DNA from: Escherichia phage TH09
Strand: one strand, 5' to 3'
Length of the DNA stretch: 64,000 nucleotides
Sequence record: MT446387.1
Numbering within the stretch: the first letter of the stretch is position 1; the number at the start of each line of letters is the position of its first letter. Shown one piece after another: positions 29,662-38,314 of the stretch. A model generated the notes under the pieces. The model was not told where the DNA came from and did no database searches. It saw only the letters and a program-made list of their open reading frames with translations. A program made the translations under genes and the position numbers.

Positions 29662-30500
29662 TTCAATTCGTAATTCCGAGCTATCAGCGTGTTGGGGCAG
29701 TTTCTGCCCTTGATATGTTTCCGACTGATTATGAACCACATATTGTAGTGCGTGAACATGAAGAAAAAGCTTATCATGACGCTTATGGGTCTAGAGCTAA
29801 AATTATAGCTATTCCTGATGATGTAAACGGAATTGCCGGTACTCGTAAAGCAATTACTGATATGTATGCAGGTCAACGAATTTGGATGATTGACGATGAT
29901 ACTACTATTCGTATGAGTTCAATGCGAAAAAGAGATGATCGTCGTTGTGTGGATAAAGTCAATCAATTAACCCGTGAACAGTTCTATGAATTGATTCAAT
30001 ACGTTGAAGATGCTATGGATTGCGGGTATTATCACGGTCATGCTCGTCTACCTATTTTTAAAATTACTTCATCTTGGGGTAATTATCGTGAAAATTCATA
30101 TGGATTCACGAATACATGGTATGACCTCGGAAAACTTACGACAGAACAAATTGGGTATGGAAAAATTGATTTGTGCGAAGATATGTATGCATTTCTCAAT
30201 TTAATTAATCAAGGTTATCCGCATTTGGCCTTGTTCAAATATCTGGTTGTATCTGGAAAAGCACAAGCTCCTGGCGGGTGCAGTTCAATTCGCAGTAATT
30301 CTAAACATAATAGAGCGCTTGAGCAGATCAATAGAGAGTTTCCAGAGCAAGCTCGTTGGAAAACTTCTAATATTGAAAAACGAAAATCGTTGGGTGAAGA
30401 AGACGAGCCATTAAAGGTTCTTCGTATGTGTGTTTCACGTAAAGAAAAATCAGAAGCATTTCATAAGTTTAATGCTATTCATCCAATAGCAGTTGATTAA
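29658..30500 (+). CDS. putative DNA glycosyltransferase at the beta-gt locus (not T4 beta-gt type)
   Basis: 280 aa from ATG 29658; DxD-like WMIDDDTT; sits between 42 and uvsX. Confidence 0.55.
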   Translation: MIQFVIPSYQRVGAVSALDMFPTDYEPHIVVREHEEKAYHDAYGSRAKIIAIPDDVNGIAGTRKAITDMYAGQRIWMIDDDTTIRMSSMRKRDDRRCVDKVNQLTREQFYELIQYVEDAMDCGYYHGHARLPIFKITSSWGNYRENSYGFTNTWYDLGKLTTEQIGYGKIDLCEDMYAFLNLINQGYPHLALFKYLVVSGKAQAPGGCSSIRSNSKHNRALEQINREFPEQARWKTSNIEKRKSLGEEDEPLKVLRMCVSRKEKSEAFHKFNAIHPIAVD

Positions 30501-30577
30501 TGCCTAAATTTATTGTGTTATAATTACTCTATCTTTAACCAGTGAGGAAAATATAATGATGCCTATGGAAAAAATGA

Positions 30578-31759
30578 ATGTCTATTGCAGATTTAAAATC
30601 CCGTTTGATTAAAGCTTCCACTTCTAAAATGACTGCTGAACTGACTACATCTAAATTCTTTAATGAAAAGGATGTAATCCGTACAAAAATCCCAATGCTT
30701 AATATTGCTATTTCTGGCGCGATTGATGGCGGTATGCAGTCTGGTTTAACTATTTTCGCAGGGCCTTCTAAACACTTTAAATCAAATATGTCTTTAACTA
30801 TGGTTGCGGCATATTTGAACAAATATCCTGACGCAGTTTGTCTATTCTATGATAGCGAATTTGGTATTACTCCAGCTTATTTGCGATCCATGGGAGTTGA
30901 CCCGGAACGAGTAATTCATACGCCAATTCAGTCAGTTGAACAGCTGAAAATTGATATGGTGAACCAACTTGAAGCTATTGAGCGTGGTGAAAAGGTTATT
31001 GTATTCATCGACTCAATTGGTAATATGGCTTCTAAGAAAGAAACTGAAGATGCCTTGAATGAAAAATCTGTGGCAGATATGACTCGTGCTAAATCACTGA
31101 AGTCATTATTCCGTATTGTTACTCCTTACTTTAGCATTAAAAATATTCCATGTGTTGCGGTTAACCATACAATTGAAACAATTGAAATGTTTAGTAAAAC
31201 CGTGATGACAGGTGGTACAGGCGTAATGTATTCGGCTGATACCGTATTCATTATCGGTAAACGTCAGATTAAAGATGGTTCTGATCTTCAGGGGTATCAA
31301 TTTGTTCTAAATGTAGAAAAATCTCGTACCGTTAAAGAAAAAAGTAAATTCTTTATTGATGTTAAATTTGACGGTGGTATCGATCCTTATTCTGGATTGT
31401 TAGATATGGCTCTAGAATTAGGATTTGTTGTAAAACCTAAAAATGGCTGGTATGCTCGTGAATTTCTTGACGAAGAAACTGGCGAGATGATTCGCGAAGA
31501 AAAATCTTGGCGTGCAAAAGATACCAACTGCACTACATTCTGGGGTCCTTTATTTAAGCATCAACCGTTCCGAGATGCTATTAAACGTGCTTATCAGTTA
31601 GGTGCTATTGATAGTAATGAAATTGTTGAAGCTGAAGTTGATGAATTAATTAACTCAAAAGTTGAAAAATTTAAATCTCCAGAAAGTAAAAGTAAATCAG
31701 CTGCTGATTTAGAAACTGACTTAGAACAGTTAAGTGATATGGAAGAATTTAATGAATAA
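30578..31759 (+). CDS. uvsX: RecA-like recombinase UvsX
   Basis: 393 aa; Walker A GPSKHFKS; recognised as T4 UvsX. Confidence 0.95.
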   Translation: MSIADLKSRLIKASTSKMTAELTTSKFFNEKDVIRTKIPMLNIAISGAIDGGMQSGLTIFAGPSKHFKSNMSLTMVAAYLNKYPDAVCLFYDSEFGITPAYLRSMGVDPERVIHTPIQSVEQLKIDMVNQLEAIERGEKVIVFIDSIGNMASKKETEDALNEKSVADMTRAKSLKSLFRIVTPYFSIKNIPCVAVNHTIETIEMFSKTVMTGGTGVMYSADTVFIIGKRQIKDGSDLQGYQFVLNVEKSRTVKEKSKFFIDVKFDGGIDPYSGLLDMALELGFVVKPKNGWYAREFLDEETGEMIREEKSWRAKDTNCTTFWGPLFKHQPFRDAIKRAYQLGAIDSNEIVEAEVDELINSKVEKFKSPESKSKSAADLETDLEQLSDMEEFNE

Positions 31760-32096
31760 AGATGATTTGGATTTAGATCTAGAAATTATCGACGAATCCC
31801 CCTCTTCGGAGGGGGAAGAAGAAAGAAAAGAACGTCTTTTTAATGAATCTCTTAAGATAATTAAATCTGCCATGGAAAATGTTATCCAGGAGATTGTCAT
31901 TAAACTAGAAGACGGTTCTACACACATTGTGTATGTGACAAAATTAGATTGGGTTGATGGAAAAGTCGTAATGGACTTTGCTGTTCTTGACCAAGAAAGA
32001 AAAGCTGAGTTAGCTCCTCATGTAGAAAAATGTATTACAATGCAACTGCAAGATGCATTTAATAAAAGGTCAAAGAAAAAATTTAAATTCTTTTAA
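31752..32096 (+). CDS. 40: putative gp40 head assembly factor
   Basis: 114 aa from ATG 31752, between uvsX and 41. Confidence 0.55.
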   Translation: MNKDDLDLDLEIIDESPSSEGEEERKERLFNESLKIIKSAMENVIQEIVIKLEDGSTHIVYVTKLDWVDGKVVMDFAVLDQERKAELAPHVEKCITMQLQDAFNKRSKKKFKFF

Positions 32097-32105
32097 GGAG
32101 TAAGT

Positions 32106-33533
32106 GTGGTAGAAATTATTCTTTCTCATCTCATATTTGATCAAGCTTATTTTTCAAAAGTTTGGCCATATATGGATTCAGAATATTTTGAAAGTGGTCC
32201 AGCTAAAAATACATTCAAATTAATTAAATCTCATGTTAACGAGTATCATAGCGTTCCATCTATTAATGCGTTAAATGTTGCGTTAGAAAATAGTTCATTT
32301 ACTGAAACAGAATATTCTGGTGTAAAAACACTTATTTCAAAACTGGCCGATTCTCCGGAAGACCATAGCTGGTTAGTAAAAGAAACAGAAAAATATGTTC
32401 AGCAAAGGGCGATGTTTAATGCTACGTCTAAAATAATCGAAATTCAAACTAATGCTGAGCTTCCTCCGGAAAAACGAAATAAGAAAATGCCGGATGTTGG
32501 TGCTATTCCTGACATCATGCGACAAGCATTATCAATTTCATTTGATAGTTATGTTGGTCATGATTGGATGGATGACTACGAAGCACGCTGGCTATCTTAT
32601 ATGAATAAAGCTCGTAAGGTTCCATTTAAACTCAAAATTCTAAATAAAATTACTAAAGGCGGAGCTGAAACTGGAACACTGAACGTTTTAATGGCTGGTG
32701 TTAACGTTGGTAAGTCATTAGGTCTGTGTTCATTGGCAGCAGATTATTTGCAGCTCGGACATAATGTTCTTTACATTTCCATGGAAATGGCAGAAGAAGT
32801 CTGTGCTAAACGTATTGATGCTAATATGCTTGACGTTTCTCTTGATGACATTGACGATGGGCATATTTCTTACGCTGAATATAAAGGAAAAATGGAAAAA
32901 TGGCGTGAGAAATCTACTCTCGGCCGTTTAATCGTTAAACAGTATCCTACTGGTGGAGCAGACGCTAATACATTTCGATCGCTTTTAAACGAATTAAAGC
33001 TCAAGAAGAATTTTGTTCCAACAATCATTATTGTTGACTATCTAGGTATTTGTAAATCTTGCCGCATCAGAGTTTATTCAGAAAATAGTTACACAACTGT
33101 TAAAGCCATCGCAGAAGAATTGCGTGCTCTTGCTGTTGAAACCGAAACTGTTCTTTGGACCGCAGCACAGGTTGGTAAACAAGCTTGGGATTCTTCTGAT
33201 GTTAACATGAGCGATATTGCAGAATCTGCCGGTCTTCCAGCAACAGCCGATTTTATGCTTGCGGTCATTGAAACTGAGGAGTTAGCAGCTGCTGAACAAC
33301 AACTCATTAAGCAAATCAAATCACGATATGGCGATAAGAATAAGTGGAATAAGTTTTTGATGGGTGTTCAAAAGGGAAATCAGAAATGGGTAGAAATTGA
33401 ACAAGATTCTACTCCAACTGAAGTGAGTGAAGTAGCAGGTTCACAACAGATTCAGGCTGAACAGAATCGCTATCAAAGAAATGAATCCACTCGAGCACAG
33501 TTAGATGCTTTGGCAAATGAATTAAAATTTTAG
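32106..33533 (+). CDS. 41: replicative DNA helicase gp41
   Basis: 475 aa; GTG start; Walker A GVNVGKS. Confidence 0.95.
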   Translation: MVEIILSHLIFDQAYFSKVWPYMDSEYFESGPAKNTFKLIKSHVNEYHSVPSINALNVALENSSFTETEYSGVKTLISKLADSPEDHSWLVKETEKYVQQRAMFNATSKIIEIQTNAELPPEKRNKKMPDVGAIPDIMRQALSISFDSYVGHDWMDDYEARWLSYMNKARKVPFKLKILNKITKGGAETGTLNVLMAGVNVGKSLGLCSLAADYLQLGHNVLYISMEMAEEVCAKRIDANMLDVSLDDIDDGHISYAEYKGKMEKWREKSTLGRLIVKQYPTGGADANTFRSLLNELKLKKNFVPTIIIVDYLGICKSCRIRVYSENSYTTVKAIAEELRALAVETETVLWTAAQVGKQAWDSSDVNMSDIAESAGLPATADFMLAVIETEELAAAEQQLIKQIKSRYGDKNKWNKFLMGVQKGNQKWVEIEQDSTPTEVSEVAGSQQIQAEQNRYQRNESTRAQLDALANELKF

Positions 33534-33570
33534 TTTACAAGCTGACAAGACTATGGTATAGTAGTCTTGT
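33525..33570 (+). promoter_or_regulatory. T4-type early promoter
   Basis: GTTTACA 33533-33539 overlapping the gene 41 stop; TGGTATAGT -10. Confidence 0.55.
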
Positions 33571-33591
33571 TGGTTAAATGAGGAGATTGTT

Positions 33592-33774
33592 ATGGAATTG
33601 GTAAAGGTAGTTTTTATGGGGTGGTTTAAGAATGAAAGCATGTTTATTAAAGAAACCACAATGATGAAAGATGACGTTCAATGGGCTACTACTCAATATG
33701 CTGAAGTTAATAAAGCATTAGTTAAAGCTTTCATTGATGACAAGAAAGTATGTGAAGTAGATTGCCGAGGATAA
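33592..33774 (+). CDS. dmd: Dmd, antitoxin against host RnlA/LsoA
   Basis: 60 aa; recognised as T4 Dmd. Confidence 0.85.
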   Translation: MELVKVVFMGWFKNESMFIKETTMMKDDVQWATTQYAEVNKALVKAFIDDKKVCEVDCRG

Positions 33775-33775
33775 T

Positions 33776-34033
33776 ATGCATATTGTTTTATTTAAACCTA
33801 CTCCGTATAACGTCAGGAAAAATACGCAATTCAAAGCGCTTATTGCGGATACATGGGAATTGGTGTTAGATATTCCAGCAGAAGAAAGTCCTCCATTTGG
33901 TCGAGTGGAATTTATTAAGTTTGTTGTACGTCCTACGAAGAGGCAGATTCGTCAGTGTAAAAGGCATTTTCGTAAGATCGTTAAGCTAGAGAAACAGTTT
34001 GTAACATGTGATTATGCAGAAGTTTTAAAATAA
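33776..34033 (+). CDS. hypothetical protein
   Basis: 85 aa. Confidence 0.5.
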   Translation: MHIVLFKPTPYNVRKNTQFKALIADTWELVLDIPAEESPPFGRVEFIKFVVRPTKRQIRQCKRHFRKIVKLEKQFVTCDYAEVLK

Positions 34034-34093
34034 CTATTTACTTTTGTTGGAAATTGAGATACTATATAAACATAAACTACTGAGGAGATTATC

Positions 34094-34387
34094 ATGAAAA
34101 AATTTATTTTTGCTACAATTTTTACTTTGGCTTCTTGTGCTGCTCAGCCTGCTATGGCAGGATATGATAAAGATTTGTGTGAATGGTCTATGACTGCAGA
34201 TCAGACTGAAGTTGAAACTCAAATTGAAGCGGATATTATGAATATCGTTGAGCGCGATCGTCCTGAAATGAAAGCTGAAGTACAAAAACAGCTTAAGTCT
34301 GGTGGTGTAATGCAGTATAATTACGTTCTGTATTGTGATAAAAACTTCAATAATAAAAATATCGTAACCGAAATCACAGGCGAATAA
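34094..34387 (+). CDS. sp: spackle periplasmic protein
   Basis: 97 aa with signal peptide; size and position match T4 sp. Confidence 0.7.
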   Translation: MKKFIFATIFTLASCAAQPAMAGYDKDLCEWSMTADQTEVETQIEADIMNIVERDRPEMKAEVQKQLKSGGVMQYNYVLYCDKNFNNKNIVTEITGE

Positions 34388-34388
34388 T

Positions 34389-35021
34389 ATGATTTATTAT
34401 ATGCACAAAAATCCACCGTTTAAATACGGTAAATTTCCTGATGCACAATGTTATAATATAACGCCTGATGAAAATAACCGTGGATATCTTATTGGCACAA
34501 TTTTTGTAATTGTTAAAGATAACGAAATCGTTGCCTGGGCAGATTTTAAAGGTACAACATATGATGTTAATCCGGTGCCTTTCACATATTACAATTTAAT
34601 GGATTTGGCATACGATTATAATTGGTTTAATCATGACACTTTGGCTCATATTGAAGGTGTAGGATTTGATATTTCATATTCGGAATACACTTTAAGCCCT
34701 ATGAGTCGAGCCCATAAAGAACCTGAATATTTTTCATTTAGGAAACGTGTAAACTTTAAACGCAGCACAGAGTATGTCGGTGGAATATTTGTTAAAGATA
34801 ATCGAATTACTCGCATTATTTATCCTTTGGGCTGTGGTCAAAAAGATATTGATGTTAATTTAGACTTTACTGAAAACATCATTAATCATATTGCTTCTGT
34901 GTATTTTGGTATCGATCACAAAATTGTAATATGTGGATATGAATTACCGTTTGAAGAACAGCCTAAAGTAAAAGTTTCTATTGACGATCAAATTTTTAAT
35001 GCTTTTATGAATAAAGGTTAA
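34389..35021 (+). CDS. hypothetical protein
   Basis: 210 aa; C-terminal SIDDQIFNAFMNKG shared with next ORF. Confidence 0.55.
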   Translation: MIYYMHKNPPFKYGKFPDAQCYNITPDENNRGYLIGTIFVIVKDNEIVAWADFKGTTYDVNPVPFTYYNLMDLAYDYNWFNHDTLAHIEGVGFDISYSEYTLSPMSRAHKEPEYFSFRKRVNFKRSTEYVGGIFVKDNRITRIIYPLGCGQKDIDVNLDFTENIINHIASVYFGIDHKIVICGYELPFEEQPKVKVSIDDQIFNAFMNKG

Positions 35022-35025
35022 TATG
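34977..35025 (+). repeat. 49-bp direct repeat, copy A
   Basis: 46/49 identical to 35335-35383; covers last 14 codons, stop, SD and next ATG. Confidence 0.8.
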
Positions 35026-35379
35026 TATAGTTCTGAATTTTCATATTTAAAAATGGAAAAAATTTCATACGATTTTATAGATGAAAAGGTTTATTACAGT
35101 TTCCATGAACCGCGTTTTAATAGTGAGGTTGGGTTTATTGTAGTAAAAGACAATTTCATTTTAAAGATATATTCGGCATTAAAGGATTTTCACTATGAAA
35201 ATATTAACCTAAAATTTGATAAAGAAAACGTTCGTAATTGTGCAGTAACAATTACAGGAAATAAAGGTACGTGTGTTATGCTATCTGATGAAATTAATGA
35301 TTTGCTAAATGATGCAGAAAATATTACTGCGCCATCTATTGATGACCAAATTTTTAATGCTTTTATGAATAGAGGTTAA
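35023..35379 (+). CDS. hypothetical protein
   Basis: 118 aa; C-terminal SIDDQIFNAFMNRG. Confidence 0.55.
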   Translation: MYSSEFSYLKMEKISYDFIDEKVYYSFHEPRFNSEVGFIVVKDNFILKIYSALKDFHYENINLKFDKENVRNCAVTITGNKGTCVMLSDEINDLLNDAENITAPSIDDQIFNAFMNRG

Positions 35380-35383
35380 TATG
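35335..35383 (+). repeat. 49-bp direct repeat, copy B
   Basis: See copy A. Confidence 0.8.
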
Positions 35384-35545
35384 AAAACATATAAAGAATT
35401 TATCAAAGAAGATATGGTCGCTGGAGATTCAGGTGGTAGTCCTGAAAATATCTCTACTGGAACAACGTCAGGCGCTGTAGTAAATAAAGGTCCTGAACAG
35501 ATTCCTAAAAAGAAAAAAGAGGAATCTAAAGAAAAAGAAGAGTAA
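35381..35545 (+). CDS. small protein with capsid-targeting-like N-terminus
   Basis: 54-codon ORF below track cutoff; N-terminus MKTYKEFIKE resembles the T4 internal-protein targeting sequence; lysine-rich acidic tail. Confidence 0.4.
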   Translation: MKTYKEFIKEDMVAGDSGGSPENISTGTTSGAVVNKGPEQIPKKKKEESKEKEE

Positions 35546-35547
35546 AA

Positions 35548-36576
35548 ATGTCATCAATACCTTGGATTGATAATGAGTTTGCATACCGTGCATTAGCTCA
35601 TTTACCTAAATTCACACAAGTAAATAATAGTTCAACTTTTAAATTACGGTTTAGATGTCCTGTTTGTGGAGATTCAAAAACCGACCAGAATAAAGCTCGT
35701 GGATGGTATTATGGTGATAATAATGAAGGAAATATTCATTGTTATAACTGTAACTATCATGCACCAATCGGAATATATTTAAAGGAGTTTGAACCTGATT
35801 TATATCGTGAGTATATCTTTGAAATAAGAAAAGAAAAAGGTAAAAGTCGTCCAGTAGAAAAACCTAAAGAACTTCCTAAACAACCCGAAAAGAAAATAAT
35901 TAAATCTCTTCCGTCATGTGTTAGATTAGATAAACTGGCGGAAGACCATCCAATTATAAAATATGTAAAAGCTCGTTGTATTCCAAAGGATAAATGGAAA
36001 TATCTTTGGTTTACAACTGAATGGCCTAAATTAGTTAATAGCATAGCACCAGGAACATACAAAAAGGAAATTTCTGAGCCTCGTCTTGTTATTCCAATTT
36101 ATAATGCTAATGGAAAAGCTGAGTCTTTTCAAGGACGTGCATTAAAGAAAGATGCTCCTCAAAAATATATCACCATTAAAGCTTATCCTGAGGCAACAAA
36201 AATTTACGGTGTTGAACGAGTTAAAGATGGTGATGTATATGTTCTAGAAGGACCTATAGATTCACTTTTTATTGAAAATGGTATAGCTATTACGGGTGGT
36301 CAATTAGACCTAGAAGTTGTTCCATTTAAAGATAGACGAGTGTGGGTTTTAGATAATGAACCTCGTCACCCTGACACTATCAAACGAATGACTAAATTAG
36401 TTGATGCAGGAGAAAGGGTTATGTTTTGGGATAAATCTCCCTGGAAATCAAAAGATGTCAATGATATGATTAGAAAGGAAGGTGCAACCCCTGAACAAAT
36501 TATGAAATATATGAAAAATAATATTGCCCAGGGGTTGATGGCTAAAATGCGGCTATCTAAATATGCTAAGATTTAA
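35548..36576 (+). CDS. 61: DNA primase gp61
   Basis: 342 aa; zinc ribbon CPVCGDS...CYNC; recognised as T4 gp61. Confidence 0.95.
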   Translation: MSSIPWIDNEFAYRALAHLPKFTQVNNSSTFKLRFRCPVCGDSKTDQNKARGWYYGDNNEGNIHCYNCNYHAPIGIYLKEFEPDLYREYIFEIRKEKGKSRPVEKPKELPKQPEKKIIKSLPSCVRLDKLAEDHPIIKYVKARCIPKDKWKYLWFTTEWPKLVNSIAPGTYKKEISEPRLVIPIYNANGKAESFQGRALKKDAPQKYITIKAYPEATKIYGVERVKDGDVYVLEGPIDSLFIENGIAITGGQLDLEVVPFKDRRVWVLDNEPRHPDTIKRMTKLVDAGERVMFWDKSPWKSKDVNDMIRKEGATPEQIMKYMKNNIAQGLMAKMRLSKYAKI

Positions 36577-36773
36577 ATTAACCCAACTAAAGCAAATGCT
36601 AAATCTACGAATGTATCAAGAGTAACTACTGGAATATTAATACCATGTGCAATTGCAACAGGTGATAAAATAAAGTTCCAGAGTAAAATTCCTACCATAG
36701 CAGAAATAGTAAAAGCTATACGTTTTTTATTACCTTTTATGGCATTAACAAGTGCCATTAATTTTTGTACCAT
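36573..36773 (-). CDS. small membrane protein, antisense to surrounding operons
   Basis: 66 aa hydrophobic; GGAGGA SD 4 nt before the ATG on the - strand. Confidence 0.5.
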   Translation of the reverse strand: MVQKLMALVNAIKGNKKRIAFTISAMVGILLWNFILSPVAIAHGINIPVVTLDTFVDLAFALVGLI

Positions 36774-36783
36774 GTGTCCTCCT

Positions 36784-36812
36784 TATTGCTTTATATATTT
36801 ATTGTATAATTA
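36784..36812 (+). promoter_or_regulatory. putative MotA-dependent middle promoter for gene 56
   Basis: MotA box TTGCTTTA 36786-36793, TATAAT 36805-36810. Confidence 0.4.
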
Positions 36813-36844
36813 ATCTACTAACCCATGAATTGAAAGGAAAAATA

Positions 36845-37363
36845 ATGGCTTACTTTAATGAATGTTCACAACTGATCGAAGGCGCTGATAAAGCTCAAAA
36901 TGAATACTGGGATATTCTCGGTGATGAAAAAGACCCGCTGCAGGTTATGCTTGATATGCAGAAATCTCTGCAGGTTCGTTTAGCTAAAGATAAACCTGAA
37001 TATAACCGTCATCCTGATGATTTGGCTACTGCAGGTGAAGTTGTTGATTGGCTGCGCAATCAGAAAGATTATATTGATGATGAATTCCGCGAACTTCTGA
37101 CTTCTCTTGGTGGTATGAGCAATGGTGAAAAAGATGCATCTGCTGTATGGAAGCCATGGAAAGCTCAACATGGTGAACGTCGTGAAACTCTGATTACTGA
37201 TTTGTCTCCACAAGACCAGTTGGAAATTAAATTCGAAATGATTGATATTCTTCATTTCGTTCTGAACATGTTCCAAGGTCTCGGTCTTACGGCTGAAGAA
37301 ATCTTTAAACTTTATTATCTGAAAAATGCTGAAAACTTCGCTCGCCAAGACCGAGGTTACTAA
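36845..37363 (+). CDS. 56: dCTPase/dUTPase gp56
   Basis: 172 aa from ATG 36845 (GAAAGGAAAA SD); recognised as T4 gp56. Confidence 0.9.
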   Translation: MAYFNECSQLIEGADKAQNEYWDILGDEKDPLQVMLDMQKSLQVRLAKDKPEYNRHPDDLATAGEVVDWLRNQKDYIDDEFRELLTSLGGMSNGEKDASAVWKPWKAQHGERRETLITDLSPQDQLEIKFEMIDILHFVLNMFQGLGLTAEEIFKLYYLKNAENFARQDRGY

Positions 37364-37563
37364 TGGCTCGTTTAAATAAACGACAGCTTAAGAAAGCCCA
37401 CAAGAAACATATTGACCAGCTATTTAAAAATTATGACAAGGAGCTCGTATGTGAGCTCTTATCTAATCAGCTTCGTGTGGTTGATTGGGTTGTAGAAGAA
37501 GGTCCTGATGAAATTTTTGTCAGTGAAGAAGCTTTAAAATTAATTATAGAGCATTCAAAATGA
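37363..37563 (+). CDS. hypothetical protein
   Basis: 66 aa. Confidence 0.45.
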   Translation: MARLNKRQLKKAHKKHIDQLFKNYDKELVCELLSNQLRVVDWVVEEGPDEIFVSEEALKLIIEHSK

Positions 37564-37733
37564 AAATATCCAAAGAAGAATTTATTAGACGACAAAAAGC
37601 TTTAATTAATTTACACGAGTGGTATGCTTATCAGCTTAAAGTAGATAGCTCTAATATAAATGCTGTAATGGCTTTATATAAACAAATTCATGATGAACAC
37701 GAATTCCTAGCACAAGTTTTCATTGAAGACTGA
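37560..37733 (+). CDS. small hypothetical protein
   Basis: 57-codon ORF; ATGA overlap. Confidence 0.3.
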   Translation: MKISKEEFIRRQKALINLHEWYAYQLKVDSSNINAVMALYKQIHDEHEFLAQVFIED

Positions 37734-37741
37734 TATAAATA
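37734..37741 (+). promoter_or_regulatory. late promoter for soc
   Basis: Exact TATAAATA about 30 bp upstream of soc. Confidence 0.5.
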
Positions 37742-37772
37742 CACCTGTAATTAAACAATAAAGGAGTTTATT

Positions 37773-38009
37773 ATGGGTGGTTTCGTTAACATCAAGACCT
37801 TTACTCATCCAGCGGGTGAAGGCAAAGAAGTTAAAGGTATGGAAGTTTCTGTAGCATTTGATGTATATTCAAATGAACACCGTATCGCAGATTCTCATTA
37901 TCAAATCTTTCCGTCAGAAAAAGCAGCTTATTCTGATGTAGTTTCCGATGCAGCAACTTGGAAAACTAAGAATGCTGCAATGTTTACGCCTACAGAAATA
38001 GGTGGTTAA
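37773..38009 (+). CDS. soc: small outer capsid protein Soc
   Basis: 78 aa; recognised as T4 Soc-like. Confidence 0.85.
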   Translation: MGGFVNIKTFTHPAGEGKEVKGMEVSVAFDVYSNEHRIADSHYQIFPSEKAAYSDVVSDAATWKTKNAAMFTPTEIGG

Positions 38010-38016
38010 TAATTCA

Positions 38017-38042
38017 AGGACTCCCGAAGGAGTCCTTTTTTC
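38017..38042 (+). terminator. rho-independent terminator
   Basis: GGACTCC-cgaa-GGAGTCC plus TTTTTT. Confidence 0.65.
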
Positions 38043-38044
38043 AT

Positions 38045-38090
38045 TTTACCGGTTTACTTTCCAAAATGAGTATGGTATAATAGAATTATC
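38045..38090 (+). promoter_or_regulatory. T4-type early promoter
   Basis: GTTTACT 38052-38058, TGGTATAAT 38073-38081. Confidence 0.6.
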
Positions 38091-38107
38091 TTATAGAGGA
38101 GAGCACT

Positions 38108-38314
38108 ATGTTAAATCGCTGGATTAAACCAAATGAAGATTTAGATATTATCATTTCACGGCATGTAATGAAAAAATATGAACTGCAGCCATGGTCTACA
38201 GAAGTTGTTGTGCATTCATTTATGATGTACGCAGATGGTTCTGTCGAATTTAATGCAGAGATTCGATATGATTATGGCGAGAAGCAAGTCGAATTCAAAA
38301 GAGGCTTTTTGTAA
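38108..38314 (+). CDS. hypothetical protein
   Basis: 68 aa. Confidence 0.45.
   Translation: MLNRWIKPNEDLDIIISRHVMKKYELQPWSTEVVVHSFMMYADGSVEFNAEIRYDYGEKQVEFKRGFL

Noticed and set aside
30535-30822. 95-aa - strand ORF overlapping the uvsX start
   Set aside because: Antisense to the strongly supported uvsX gene and without a ribosome-binding site.
36752-36844. Membrane-anchored N-terminal extension of gp56
   Set aside because: The extension overlaps the MotA-box promoter and the antisense ORF region; ATG 36845 has the SD and gives the expected 172-aa protein.
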